64,000 bases of DNA from Orbus sasakiae (GTDB taxonomy: Bacteria; Pseudomonadota; Gammaproteobacteria; Enterobacterales; Orbaceae), in assembly GCF_039542345.1 (NCBI RefSeq), contig NZ_BAABHY010000006.1, positions 28,292 to 92,291 of the forward strand, in the 5' to 3' direction. A program made the position numbers and the translations under genes. The notes under the pieces were generated by a model. It did not search any database and was not told the DNA's origin. It saw only the letters and a program-made list of their open reading frames with translations. Positions 18,008 through 28,074 of this stretch are shown here, piece after piece (positions within the stretch are counted from its first letter, which is position 1; each line of letters begins with the position of its first letter).

Positions 18008-21000
18008 TTACTCCTCCAAATTTTTCATAGCAAAACGGGGCTTACTTTTTTTCGGTTTAAAAAACGACAGTATCCAGACAAAAAAGATTGGTACAAAAAT
18101 AATACCGATGGTTGTTGCAGTTAACATTCCACCAATCACGCCTGTACCAATGGCTTTTTGACTTTCTGCGCCTTCGCCACTGGCAATCGCAAGTGGGATC
18201 ACACCTAAAATAAAGGCGAGCGAGGTCATGACAATCGGGCGAAAACGTAAGCACACGGCATTTAGTGCGGCGCGTTGTAACGACATGCCACCTTCCCATT
18301 GGGATTTGGCAAATTCGATAATTAAAATGGCGTTTTTGGTGGCGAGTCCAATAATGGTAATCAGCCCTACTTTAAAATAGACATCGTTTGGCATCATCAT
18401 TGCAAGCGTTGCTAGCACCGATCCTAATGCGCCAATCGGTACAATAAGCATAACGGTGGTTGGAATTAACCAGCTTTCGTACAACGCAACCAGTAATAAA
18501 AAGACCACAATAAATGAGAGAGCAAACAGCATCGGCGCTTGTGATCCTGATAATTTTTCCTGATACGAGAGCCCTGTCCACTCATAATCAATGCCTTTAG
18601 GTAACTTAGCTGCAAACTTTTCCATCTCTGCCATGGCTTGACCTGTGCTGTATCCCCAAAACGCATCACCCGAAATTCGAAAAGCGGGATAACCGTTATA
18701 GCGCGTTACCTGAACGGCACCCTTTTCCCAATGAGGTTTTGCAAATGAGGCAATGGGCACCAGTTCACCATATGTATTGGGGACTTGTAGTTTCAGTATG
18801 CTATCGGGCGTCATGCGATCTTTAGAGTCCGCCTGCACGATCACGCGCTGCATTCGCCCAACATTCGAAAAATCATTAATCATTGCCGATCCATAGCTAC
18901 TTGCCAGCGCAGTGTTAATCACATCAAACGTCACGCCTAATGACTCCGCTTTTTGGCGATCAATATCTAACCGCCACTGTGGTGCATCTTCGAGTCCTTC
19001 CATAATGGCATAAGCAATAACGGGGGATTGATTAGCGGCTTCAAGTAACTGATCGCGAGCCCGTGTTAACACTTGGCGACCGACACCGCCACGATCGATT
19101 AATCGAAGTGAAAAGCCACCAGAGTTACCTAATCCATCAATGGGTGGTGGTTCTATCGCTAAGGCGTTGCCATCATTGAGTTGTGATAGGCTTTCACTTA
19201 ACGCCATCACTTCATCAAATGCGCTTTGATCTGCTGCTCGTTTTTTCCAATCTTTTAAGACCACAAAACCCAGCGCGGCATTTTCACCATTGCCCGCAAA
19301 ACTGTAACCCATAATAAACGTGGTGGACTGCGTCGCTGGACGCGCAAGAATCGCATTATCAATGCTTTTAACTTGGGTGGTTGCACGTTGATAAGTTGCT
19401 GCGGGTGGTAACTGTACATTAACAATGTAATAGCCTTGATCTTCGATGGGTACAAAGGATTCAGGGAGCTGTTTGTAAACCATAGCAAGTCCTGCCACAA
19501 TCACCGCATAAATCACCATATAGCGCCCTGTTCGCTTAATTAAACGCGAGTTAAAATAGGTAAAGCGTTTGGTTAACAGATTAAAATAGCGATTAAACCA
19601 GCCGAAAAAGCCTCTCTTTTCGGCATGATGACCTTGTGGAATCGCTTTGAGCAAAGTGGCGCATAAGGCAGGCGTTAATGTTAACGCCAAAAAGCCAGAA
19701 AACAGAATAGAGATGGAGAGTGATAATGAGAACTGCTGATAGATCACGCCAACCGAACCACTCATAAAAGCTAACGGTAAAAAGACCGCCGATAAAACAA
19801 GCGTGATCCCAACGATCGCGCTAGAGACTTGCTGCATGGCTTTTATCGTCGCTTTTTTAGGTGATAGACCTTCGTGCGCCATAATCCGTTCAACATTTTC
19901 AACCACGACAATAGCGTCATCAACCAAGATCCCAATCGCTAGTACCATACCAAACATGGTCATCATATTGACCGAGAACCCCAGTAAACTCATTACCGAT
20001 AATGTGCCAAGCAGACAGACTGGCACGACAATGGTTGGGATCAAGGTATAACGAACATTTTGCAGAAATAAAAACATCACCAAAAAGACTAAGATCATCG
20101 CTTCGCCAAGCGTGTGAATCACTTTACCAATTGCAGCATCGACAAAAAGTGAGGTATCAAAAGGCACGCTATACTCAAGATCAGATGGGAAAGAGGCTGA
20201 CAACTCCTGTAACCGATTTTTAACCGCTTCGGCGGTTTGTAAGGCATTTGCGCCAGGTGCTAACTGCACAGCAACACCGACTGACGGTTTACCATTGCTC
20301 GTCATCTGAAAGTTATAGTCTTGTCGCCCAATTTCAATGCGCGCTACATCAGATAATGTCACAGTTGAGCCGTCCTGATTCGCCCGTAAAATAATACGAC
20401 CAAACTCTTCAGGTGTGTCTAAGGTGCCTTTCACCACAATGGCCGCAGTCAGCTCTTGATCAGTATTGTTCGGTTTGCTACCAAAGCTACCCGCGGGTAC
20501 TTGTGCGTTTTGTGTACTGATTGCTTGATTAATATCAGCAACTGACAGTCCATAACCAATTAATTTTTGTGGATCGACCCAAATTCGCATCGCCGCTTCA
20601 GAACCAAACATCTGCACACGACCTACACCCGTTATTCGCCGAATCTCATTGTTGATATTACGCGCAGCGTAATCGGCGAGTCCAACTACATCTTTTTTAC
20701 TGTTACTATCTTTATAAGTCAGGCTATAAATCATTAAAAAACCTGAATTAGTTTTTTCAACATTAATCCCCATCTGCCTTACGCTCTCTGGCAGACGTGA
20801 TTCGGCATTTTTAAGGCGATTTTGCACATCCACTTGTGCCATATCAGGATCGGTACCTGGTTTAAACGTGACAACCGTTTCGGCAGAACCTGCTGAGCTA
20901 CTGGATGAGTCAAAATAGAGCAGTCCACTGGCGCCGTTTAGCTCTTCCTCAATAATACTGGTGACCGCTTTATCCACGAGTATTGCCGACGCACCCGGAT

Positions 21001-21145
21001 AACTTGCCGAAATCGTGATTTGTGGAGGTGCTACATTCGGGTACTGTGACACTGCCAGCGAACGCATAGCAAGTAGTCCAAATAAAGCAATAAAGATGGC
21101 AATAACCCAAGCAAAGTTAGGGCGTTCAATAAAAAATCGAGACAT
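18008..21145 (-). CDS. RND multidrug efflux permease (AcrB/HAE1 family)
   Basis: 1045 aa, 12-TM RND architecture. The N-terminus aligns with AcrB. Confidence 0.9.
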   Translation of the reverse strand: MSRFFIERPNFAWVIAIFIALFGLLAMRSLAVSQYPNVAPPQITISASYPGASAILVDKAVTSIIEEELNGASGLLYFDSSSSSAGSAETVVTFKPGTDPDMAQVDVQNRLKNAESRLPESVRQMGINVEKTNSGFLMIYSLTYKDSNSKKDVVGLADYAARNINNEIRRITGVGRVQMFGSEAAMRIWVDPQKLIGYGLSVADINQAISTQNAQVPAGSFGSKPNNTDQELTAAIVVKGTLDTPEEFGRIILRANQDGSTVTLSDVARIEIGRQDYNFQMTSNGKPSVGVAVQLAPGANALQTAEAVKNRLQELSASFPSDLEYSVPFDTSLFVDAAIGKVIHTLGEAMILVFLVMFLFLQNVRYTLIPTIVVPVCLLGTLSVMSLLGFSVNMMTMFGMVLAIGILVDDAIVVVENVERIMAHEGLSPKKATIKAMQQVSSAIVGITLVLSAVFLPLAFMSGSVGVIYQQFSLSLSISILFSGFLALTLTPALCATLLKAIPQGHHAEKRGFFGWFNRYFNLLTKRFTYFNSRLIKRTGRYMVIYAVIVAGLAMVYKQLPESFVPIEDQGYYIVNVQLPPAATYQRATTQVKSIDNAILARPATQSTTFIMGYSFAGNGENAALGFVVLKDWKKRAADQSAFDEVMALSESLSQLNDGNALAIEPPPIDGLGNSGGFSLRLIDRGGVGRQVLTRARDQLLEAANQSPVIAYAIMEGLEDAPQWRLDIDRQKAESLGVTFDVINTALASSYGSAMINDFSNVGRMQRVIVQADSKDRMTPDSILKLQVPNTYGELVPIASFAKPHWEKGAVQVTRYNGYPAFRISGDAFWGYSTGQAMAEMEKFAAKLPKGIDYEWTGLSYQEKLSGSQAPMLFALSFIVVFLLLVALYESWLIPTTVMLIVPIGALGSVLATLAMMMPNDVYFKVGLITIIGLATKNAILIIEFAKSQWEGGMSLQRAALNAVCLRFRPIVMTSLAFILGVIPLAIASGEGAESQKAIGTGVIGGMLTATTIGIIFVPIFFVWILSFFKPKKSKPRFAMKNLEE

Positions 21146-21158
21146 AGTGATTTATACC

Positions 21159-22349
21159 TTAGTGCGTAGCGACGTAATCATGTTGGTTGATATCAAGCGG
21201 TTCGTTTGTTGAAGTAATATTTTTAATATCAATCTGACTGCCTATCGGTGCATAACCGCCAATAATCACGGTATCCCCCACACTTAAACCACTGACAATA
21301 TGCCAATTAGCGCCATACATACCGCCAGTGACAACTGTTTTTTTATCGATCACATGATTACGATCAACAATCAACACATCGGCTTGTCCGTCACTGTTAA
21401 TTTGTACGGCGCGTTGTGGAACTAAGATGGCATTTTGGTCAACAGCTTGTTCAAGATTAACCCTGACATACATGCCCGGTAATAACAGTCCATCGGCATT
21501 ATCTAATTGACCTCGCAGCAAGACTTGCCCTGTTGTTTGTTCAACCGTAATATCCGAAAACAGCACATGCCCTTGCTGTTTCTCGTCTATGCCATCAATA
21601 CTGACAGTGAGTGGGATCTTCTGCTCTTTTTCGATATGACCTTGCGTTAACTGATTACGTAGCTTCAATACATCAGCAACAGGCTGTTTAAAATCGACAT
21701 AAATAGGACTGATTTGTTGAATCACAGCCAGTTTAGTGGATTCATTTTGACCAACCAGTGCACCTTCGCTGACCTGCGCGCGTCCAATGCGACCCGATAT
21801 TGGTGCAGTCACCACTGAATAATCTAAATTAAGCTTAGCTATTTCAACATCAGCAAGCGCTGATTGGCGAGCCGCTTGTGCATTTTTAAATGATGCAAAT
21901 GCGCTGTCGTAAGCTTGCTTACTAACCGCATTGGTTTTAACGAGAGTTTGATAACGATTGATTAATGCTTGTGCCTCAACTAACGTGGCTTCAGCTCGAG
22001 CCAATTCACCTTGTGCACGTGATAGTGCGTATTGCAACGGCTTGGGATCGATATGAAAAAGTGCTTGCCCTGCTTGGACTTCAGCTCCCTCTTCAAAATC
22101 ACGACTCAGGATAATTCCCTCAACTCTTGCTCTTACCTCTGCAACGCGAAAAGGTTCAACTCTGCCCGGTAAAGTGCTGGTCATAATAAGTGGCTGAGGT
22201 TTCACCACAACAGTTTGTACATGTGGAGTCTGTTCCGTTTCCGTGTATAAATCGCTAGCATCTTGATTACAACCTGTAAGGACTGCTGCTGTGATAAAGG
22301 GAAGCACGATCCAAGACCATGATTTTAGGTATTTAAATGCTATTTTCAT
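21159..22349 (-). CDS. RND efflux periplasmic adaptor (AcrA/membrane-fusion-protein family) lipoprotein
   Basis: 396 aa. Lipobox 'LTGC'. Coiled-coil/lipoyl/beta-barrel pattern. Confidence 0.85.
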   Translation of the reverse strand: MKIAFKYLKSWSWIVLPFITAAVLTGCNQDASDLYTETEQTPHVQTVVVKPQPLIMTSTLPGRVEPFRVAEVRARVEGIILSRDFEEGAEVQAGQALFHIDPKPLQYALSRAQGELARAEATLVEAQALINRYQTLVKTNAVSKQAYDSAFASFKNAQAARQSALADVEIAKLNLDYSVVTAPISGRIGRAQVSEGALVGQNESTKLAVIQQISPIYVDFKQPVADVLKLRNQLTQGHIEKEQKIPLTVSIDGIDEKQQGHVLFSDITVEQTTGQVLLRGQLDNADGLLLPGMYVRVNLEQAVDQNAILVPQRAVQINSDGQADVLIVDRNHVIDKKTVVTGGMYGANWHIVSGLSVGDTVIIGGYAPIGSQIDIKNITSTNEPLDINQHDYVATH

Positions 22350-22409
22350 TTTGAGACCATTTGTTAGAAAGAAATTAATTTAGCGCGTATGATATACTTA
22401 AATACCACT

Positions 22410-22427
22410 TGAATCAATATCGATTCA
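22410..22427. promoter_or_regulatory. Imperfect palindrome TGAATC-N6-GATTCA in the acrA/tetR divergent region (candidate TetR operator)
   Basis: Seen in the intergenic sequence. Untested. Confidence 0.25.
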
Positions 22428-22535
22428 TTTAAATGTATTTAAATTCTAAAAAATCTTATTAACATTATTTAATGTTGATTAATACAATTCTGGTAGGCAT
22501 AATGTGAAAATGAACGCTATCGTTAGGGAATCGCA

Positions 22536-23099
22536 ATGACACAGACTAATTTTTCAGAAGATCAAAGTTTTCTTGCCTCGCTAGCCTTGGCTATGGTAGA
22601 AAAACCTCGTGCAAATTTAAATGAACTTGCTAATGCTATCGGTGTGAGTAAAGCTACATTATATCGTTTTTGTCGAACACGTAATGAACTTATTGAGCGG
22701 TTAACAAATTACAGTTCAAAAGTCTTAATCGAGACAATTGAAGACTCACTATCAGACGCAGATCCATCGATTGAAGCATTAAAACGATTAGCTGATAATT
22801 TACTTACTCACAGTGAATTCACTCTCTTTTTTATACACTATTGGCAGTCAGAGAATCCAGTTATCCAAGCGTTAGATCAACGTTGGACCACGACCTTAGA
22901 TAGCTTTTTCTTGCGAGGTCAACAAGCCGGACTCTTCCGTATTGATATTACCGCACCAGCACTAACAGAACTCTGGATATCGATTATCATTGGTTTTATT
23001 GATGCAGAGGGACGAGGACGAGTGGCTAGAGCTGGCTTATCTACATTAATTGTGACGGCTTTTTTACAAGGAACTGCCGTTGGGGTACTGTCAAATTAA
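22536..23099 (+). CDS. TetR-family transcriptional regulator (divergent from the efflux operon)
   Basis: N-terminal HTH 'LANAIGVSKATLYRFCRTRNEL'. 187 aa. Confidence 0.8.
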   Translation: MTQTNFSEDQSFLASLALAMVEKPRANLNELANAIGVSKATLYRFCRTRNELIERLTNYSSKVLIETIEDSLSDADPSIEALKRLADNLLTHSEFTLFFIHYWQSENPVIQALDQRWTTTLDSFFLRGQQAGLFRIDITAPALTELWISIIIGFIDAEGRGRVARAGLSTLIVTAFLQGTAVGVLSN

Positions 23100-23441
23100 C
23101 TTTTTAGCCTGAAACTAAATTTATCAGTTGATTTCTAATTCTAAATTTTAGACGTAACTTGGGTAATAATTTCCCATTCTTTAAATCGACGTTCAGCTAA
23201 AATACGAAAGGTTTTAGCTGTAAATAGATGCCTTGCACAATTAAAATGATGACACAGATATTCCCAAAGCACGATAAGAATAATTGAGCTTGTTTTAATT
23301 ATTTAAATTTACGCATTTTCTTCTCTCTAATCCGCGTTGGTTGATGTGAGATTTCAGCTCTGTTATTAGAGTTGTAACGGTATACTTTTCTTGTAGACAT
23401 TCTTAGCGGTATGATAAACCATCACCTAAGGAGATTATCCC

Positions 23442-23741
23442 ATGACAAGACAATTAAGTAGTGAATTTAAGCGAGAATGTGCAGAGCTCGTCCTCAATTA
23501 TAGTAATGCACATAAAGAGGCCGCAAAAACAATGGGTGTTAGCATTTCATCAATCCAGCGTTGGGTAACTCAATACAGAAAAGAGCGTCAAGGCATTACC
23601 CCTAAAAATAGTGCGTTAACACCTGAGCAAAAACGAATACAAGCACTAGAGAAACAAGTTAAACAATTACAAAGTGATAATCAGTTATTAAAAAAAGCTT
23701 CAGCCTTCTTCGCAATGGAAATGACAAGCGGCAACAAATAG
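23442..23741 (+). CDS. IS3-family transposase OrfA
   Basis: 99 aa HTH protein. The slippery site lies near its end. Confidence 0.8.
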   Translation: MTRQLSSEFKRECAELVLNYSNAHKEAAKTMGVSISSIQRWVTQYRKERQGITPKNSALTPEQKRIQALEKQVKQLQSDNQLLKKASAFFAMEMTSGNK

Positions 23742-23746
23742 CGTTA

Positions 23747-24586
23747 ATGTTGAAGAAGGCTGGAAATGAAACAGCTCAAATCTGTCGGTGTTTATTATTA
23801 TCGCCAAGTACTTTTTATTATCGAATCAAGCATCGTGCATTTAAATTAATCAATGCTAGACTTGAAATTGCCATGAAATCAATTCACAACGAAATGGATG
23901 GCATATACGGAAAAAGACGAATGTTAGTTGAACTGGTTAAAAGAGGGTTTAAGCTTGTTTTAGATAAGGTTAGACGCTTAATGAAGAAATTAGGCCTCGT
24001 TGCTAAAAGACCTAAACAACATTCTTATCCTCGTGGTGGTAAATCGTCGATATTGGCATCCAATCATTTAAATCGACAATTTAATCCAGCAACGATTAAC
24101 CGCTATTGGTCTGGTGATATTACTTATATTCGAACGAGACAAGGTTGGCTCTATCTGGCTGTTGTCATGGATTTATGCTCCAGACGTATCGTTGGATGGG
24201 CTTTTTCTGATAAGCCTAATAGTAACCTTACGGTTAAAGCATTAAATATGGCGATACAACGACGAAAAGGATTATGCCCTAATTTATTTCATTGCGATCA
24301 GGGCGTTCAATATCGTAGTGAACAGTTTCAGCAAATATTAACACACCATCAAATTACTTTTAGCATGAGTAGAGCCGGAAATTGTTTAGACAATGCCGTT
24401 ACCGAACGATTTTTTAGGTCATTAAAATCAGAGCGGATTAACTATCGAGATTATGTAACCAGAGAGCAAGCTATAGAGGATATTATTAATTACATCGAAC
24501 CCATTTATAATCAAAAACGAAGACATTATAAACTGGGATTTATTTCACCAGCAGAATTTGAACATAATTTACTAAAAACTGCCTAA
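23747..24586 (+). CDS. IS3-family transposase OrfB (DDE). Probably expressed as an OrfAB fusion by -1 frameshift
   Basis: 'WSGDITYIRT...DLCSRRIVGW...HCDQGVQYRS...NCLDNAVTERFF...YNQKRRHYKLGFISPAEFE'. Confidence 0.8.
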   Translation: MLKKAGNETAQICRCLLLSPSTFYYRIKHRAFKLINARLEIAMKSIHNEMDGIYGKRRMLVELVKRGFKLVLDKVRRLMKKLGLVAKRPKQHSYPRGGKSSILASNHLNRQFNPATINRYWSGDITYIRTRQGWLYLAVVMDLCSRRIVGWAFSDKPNSNLTVKALNMAIQRRKGLCPNLFHCDQGVQYRSEQFQQILTHHQITFSMSRAGNCLDNAVTERFFRSLKSERINYRDYVTREQAIEDIINYIEPIYNQKRRHYKLGFISPAEFEHNLLKTA

Positions 24587-24659
24587 GAGTGTCTCCAATT
24601 TTTCTTGACCGTTACAAGCAGAAGGAAACGCTCAATTTGTTTAAAAGGAGTCACAAAAC

Positions 24660-24869
24660 ATGCCTATAATTATTAATTTCGATGTGGTGCTAGCCAAACA
24701 CAACGTAAAATCAAAAGACTTATCGGCTGCGATAGGCATTACGGAGCAGAACCTATCATAACTTAAACAAGGAGACGTTAAAGGATTTAGGCTAGCAACC
24801 CTTGAGGCTATCTTCCAATACCTAGATTGTCAACCTAGAGATATTTTAGAGTATATAAATAAGGAATAA
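24660..24869 (+). pseudogene. Small HTH (XRE/YozG-like) regulator interrupted by an in-frame TAA after codon 33
   Basis: The two halves (MPIIINFDVVLAKHNVKSKDLSAAIGITEQNLS | LKQGDVKGFRLATLEAIFQYLDCQPRDILEY) are in the same frame. 'tca taa ctt' looks like a corrupted 'tca ata ctt'. Confidence 0.5.
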
Positions 24870-24883
24870 TCTATTCAAATGAA

Positions 24884-24917
24884 AAAAGACTCAATATCTT
24901 ATACAGAGTCTTTTTTG
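24884..24917 (+). terminator. Rho-independent terminator
   Basis: aaagactc...gagtcttt followed by a T-run. Confidence 0.5.
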
Positions 24918-25125
24918 TCGTTAAAGATCATTACTCTTTGATTACTAATAATTTGATGATTCGATATCCCAAACTAAATAAGAAACAGCTTCATCCATTT
25001 CATTCTTGCCAGCATAAACTGATAATCCACCAAGTTGAGGAATATCACTCAATTTAGTACGCTTTAGATTATTGCCACCAATAGAATCAATACTCCAAAC
25101 AATATCATACTAAGCGACAAAGAAA

Positions 25126-26355
25126 TTAATGAGCAATAATTTCTGAACCTGTATTGGCTTTTGCGAGTTCAATAAACAGTTGTTTATATTTTAATGTGAT
25201 CAACACAGTAATACATAAAGATACAAATGCAATAGCACCACCATAATAACCAACCCAATTAACTTTATCATCATAAGAATTAATAACTTGTTGCCCAATA
25301 AGCGCTCCAGCACCAATACCCACATTGACAATACCAGAGTAAATTGCCATCGCAATATCAGTCGCATCGGAAGCAAGCTCAAGAACTTTAATCTGCTGGC
25401 TTAACATCATACATGTATAGGCGATCCCCCAAAAGAAACAAAGTACAAAAAATAGAATGGAGCTTATTCGTGCAGAATATAGAGCTAATAACACCAACGT
25501 CATTAATGCAATGCTTATTGGTAATATTCCGAGCGGGTGTTTTGAGTTGATTTTCCCAAAAATAATACTACCAAAAATCCCTGAAAATCCAAAGAAAAGC
25601 AGTAGTATAGTAAACTCATTTTTTGTCATTCCGACTAAATCAGTCGAAAATTTCGCGATAAAAGTATAAGCAGTAAAACTACCTGCAACAGCCATAGCCG
25701 CGGAAATAAAAATACCGACTAAGGCGGCTCGTTTCATGATTACTGGTAAATTTTTAGCCGATCCGGTATTAATACTTGGCAATTTAGGTAATACTTTAAT
25801 TAAAATAAAAAGGATCAATAAAGCAAGAATACCAATAATTAAAAATGTGCTACGCCATCCAAACAACTCTCCAATAATACGTCCAATAGGGATACCTAAA
25901 ATCGCAGCTAATGATGTTCCTGTTGTAATAATAGCTAATGCTTGAGACTTTTTACCAGGTGGAGCAATGCGGATAGCAAGAGCTGAGGTTATTGACCAGA
26001 AAACAGCATGAGAACCAGCAACAATTATCCTACCAATCAACAATAAATTAAATAATGTTGCAAAATAACACATAACATGACCAATAATGAATAAGGCAAA
26101 TACTATAATAAGTAAACGTTTTCGCTCTGTATTGCTTAGTAATAAGATAAGAGGTAAACAGAGTGCCGCGACTACCCAAGCATAAACTGTAACCATGATA
26201 CCTGAATCTTGCTCATTCATATTAAATGAATTACTAATGTCAGGAAGTAAAGCAATAGGAACAAACTCTGTCGTATTAAAAATAAATGCGGCAAAGCCTA
26301 AGCTAATTACACCTATCCAAGCGTGATTACGTGAAGATATTTTTATATTAAACAT
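25126..26355 (-). CDS. MFS transporter (12 TM; sugar/drug efflux type)
   Basis: 409 aa with a hydrophobic 6+6 pattern. Confidence 0.8.
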   Translation of the reverse strand: MFNIKISSRNHAWIGVISLGFAAFIFNTTEFVPIALLPDISNSFNMNEQDSGIMVTVYAWVVAALCLPLILLLSNTERKRLLIIVFALFIIGHVMCYFATLFNLLLIGRIIVAGSHAVFWSITSALAIRIAPPGKKSQALAIITTGTSLAAILGIPIGRIIGELFGWRSTFLIIGILALLILFILIKVLPKLPSINTGSAKNLPVIMKRAALVGIFISAAMAVAGSFTAYTFIAKFSTDLVGMTKNEFTILLLFFGFSGIFGSIIFGKINSKHPLGILPISIALMTLVLLALYSARISSILFFVLCFFWGIAYTCMMLSQQIKVLELASDATDIAMAIYSGIVNVGIGAGALIGQQVINSYDDKVNWVGYYGGAIAFVSLCITVLITLKYKQLFIELAKANTGSEIIAH

Positions 26356-26855
26356 TTGAAAAAAAAAAATTAAAGGTGACGTATTATACCTCTTAATTTG
26401 CGAATAACGATATATCTAAATTTAATATATTATGTTTATTTTAATCACATCGTTAAGCTTTCAGCTAAAATACAAAAAGCTTTAGCTGAGCATTTAAGGT
26501 TAACAACATGATAAAATTGATTAAAGTTTAAGCAACTCAATTAAGGATACAAAAGTGGATATATTTTTGCAAATTAAAAGTAAGAAATCTAGTATTTATA
26601 AGGTTTTATTAGACTAAGTTCGATTCCACATCCGAGCACATTCCATACACCATCATACCCATCTCCCTTCATTAAATAAGTCAAAAAAATAAAATCGCTT
26701 GATATAAACAAAAGGCCAATTAAGCTTAAAAGTAAATTAAATGACGCAGATAGATTTTGATCGTTTTGAGCCGTATAATTGCACGAAAAATGGTAAACGA
26801 TACCATGTTGATGTGTGGTTAATTTAAAACGTTATAATTAATAATAAAAGGAATC

Positions 26856-27686
26856 ATGATGGGATTTTTTAATTCGCTTGCTTACGATATGATGGATAAC
26901 GACAAACTCCATTATAAAGAAAATGTCGTCCTAACTCACCAAACCAAATGGTTAGTCGCGCTCAGTTCAATACTGTCATCATTTAATGGTGATTACGTCA
27001 ATGCCTTAGAAACTGGAAAAAGTGATGGACATCTTACTGATTCACTACCGAGTATTTGGGGAATTGCCGATCGTGACAGTTTTATCGAACAAGCAACTTG
27101 GTTAACCCAAGAAGGGCAACGCAGTAAGTATCAGCCAAATTTAGAGCTCGTTAAATTACTGAATGAGTCTACTTTTGAAAAACCATTACCGATCATCGGT
27201 AAGCTCTTCTACACCATGAATATGGATGAACTGTTATTTACGTTTACCAATATCAAATTGTTCTTTACCCAAAAACCAAAACTTGATCAGTTGTCTGACG
27301 CGCTAGGGCTTAAACGTAAAACCAATAAAATTAATATGCTGTTACCGATTTATCAGGAATGGCTAGCAACAATACGCCGTAAAAAATTAGGTAATGTTAG
27401 CGCAATAGACAGTTTATTAGCCTGGGATGCCGTTCGCTTAGTTAATATCTGCCGTTGGTCATTGCAACTGGGCTATATTCGTGAAATTGAGTTTGTTGAG
27501 TATGCAAATCAATTAACCGAGGACGTTAAAAAGATGTACCAATCTTGGGATGAAGTCATCGTGGCTTATGCCATTGCTGGCTTTATTTGGAATAGTGATG
27601 AGGGTCGTGTGAAGAACATGGTTAGGACATTAAACATGCTTAAAAAAGATCCGCAGTCACTCATTAATCAAGTACCATTTAAATAA
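26856..27686 (+). CDS. Hypothetical protein
   Basis: 276 aa ORF with consistent codon usage. No motif recognised. Confidence 0.55.
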   Translation: MMGFFNSLAYDMMDNDKLHYKENVVLTHQTKWLVALSSILSSFNGDYVNALETGKSDGHLTDSLPSIWGIADRDSFIEQATWLTQEGQRSKYQPNLELVKLLNESTFEKPLPIIGKLFYTMNMDELLFTFTNIKLFFTQKPKLDQLSDALGLKRKTNKINMLLPIYQEWLATIRRKKLGNVSAIDSLLAWDAVRLVNICRWSLQLGYIREIEFVEYANQLTEDVKKMYQSWDEVIVAYAIAGFIWNSDEGRVKNMVRTLNMLKKDPQSLINQVPFK

Positions 27687-28074
27687 CGTGTTGTACGTGT
27701 CGCATTTTTCGATATCATTAAATTGATGAAGTCTATTTAAATCTTAAAAGGAGTTATTGATGGTCAACCTTGGCAGATTGATATGCAAAAACAGCAGATC
27801 ATTTTTGGTGATGATTTGTTTTTTCAATCCAAATATTGGGAACGTTTTCCGATGCTTCAAAAACTTAGCTTTGGGCTTAGGCAAGTGTTAACACACTATT
27901 TGCATGCTAAAGATTAGCACGTGACTTTTAATGACGGTTCGAAGCGAATCGCAGTAAAAGAAAAACATCAAATCACTGCTGAATCTGATCATTTATCGTA
28001 ATGAGTTAAACTCAATGGCTAGAGCACGTTACTCGTGCTAATTCAAAGTAAAATAGACAATATACGGTGATTAA

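Larger units (their letters stand above)
23392..24599 (+). mobile_element. IS3-family insertion sequence (copy 2, unrelated sequence to copy 1), ~1.2 kb
   Basis: Terminal IRs TGTAGACATTCTTAG... / ...CTAAGAGTGTCTCCA. orfA/orfB with an A7G slippery site at 23691..23698. Confidence 0.75.

Noticed and set aside
18057-20223. Several small ORFs within or antisense to the RND permease gene
   Set aside because: They overlap a 1045-aa conserved transporter. They have Cys/Arg-rich junk composition.
22536-23099. Naming the TetR regulator acrR and the pump genes acrAB
   Set aside because: The context is AcrR/AcrAB-like, but the regulator sequence does not resemble E. coli AcrR by eye and the pump is divergent. 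Family-level calls are safer.
25200-25945. ORFs 25200..25382 (-), 25457..25669 (+), 25736..25945 (+) within the MFS transporter gene
   Set aside because: They are embedded in or antisense to the 409-aa transporter, in frames rich in Ile/Leu from the AT-rich membrane-protein coding sequence.
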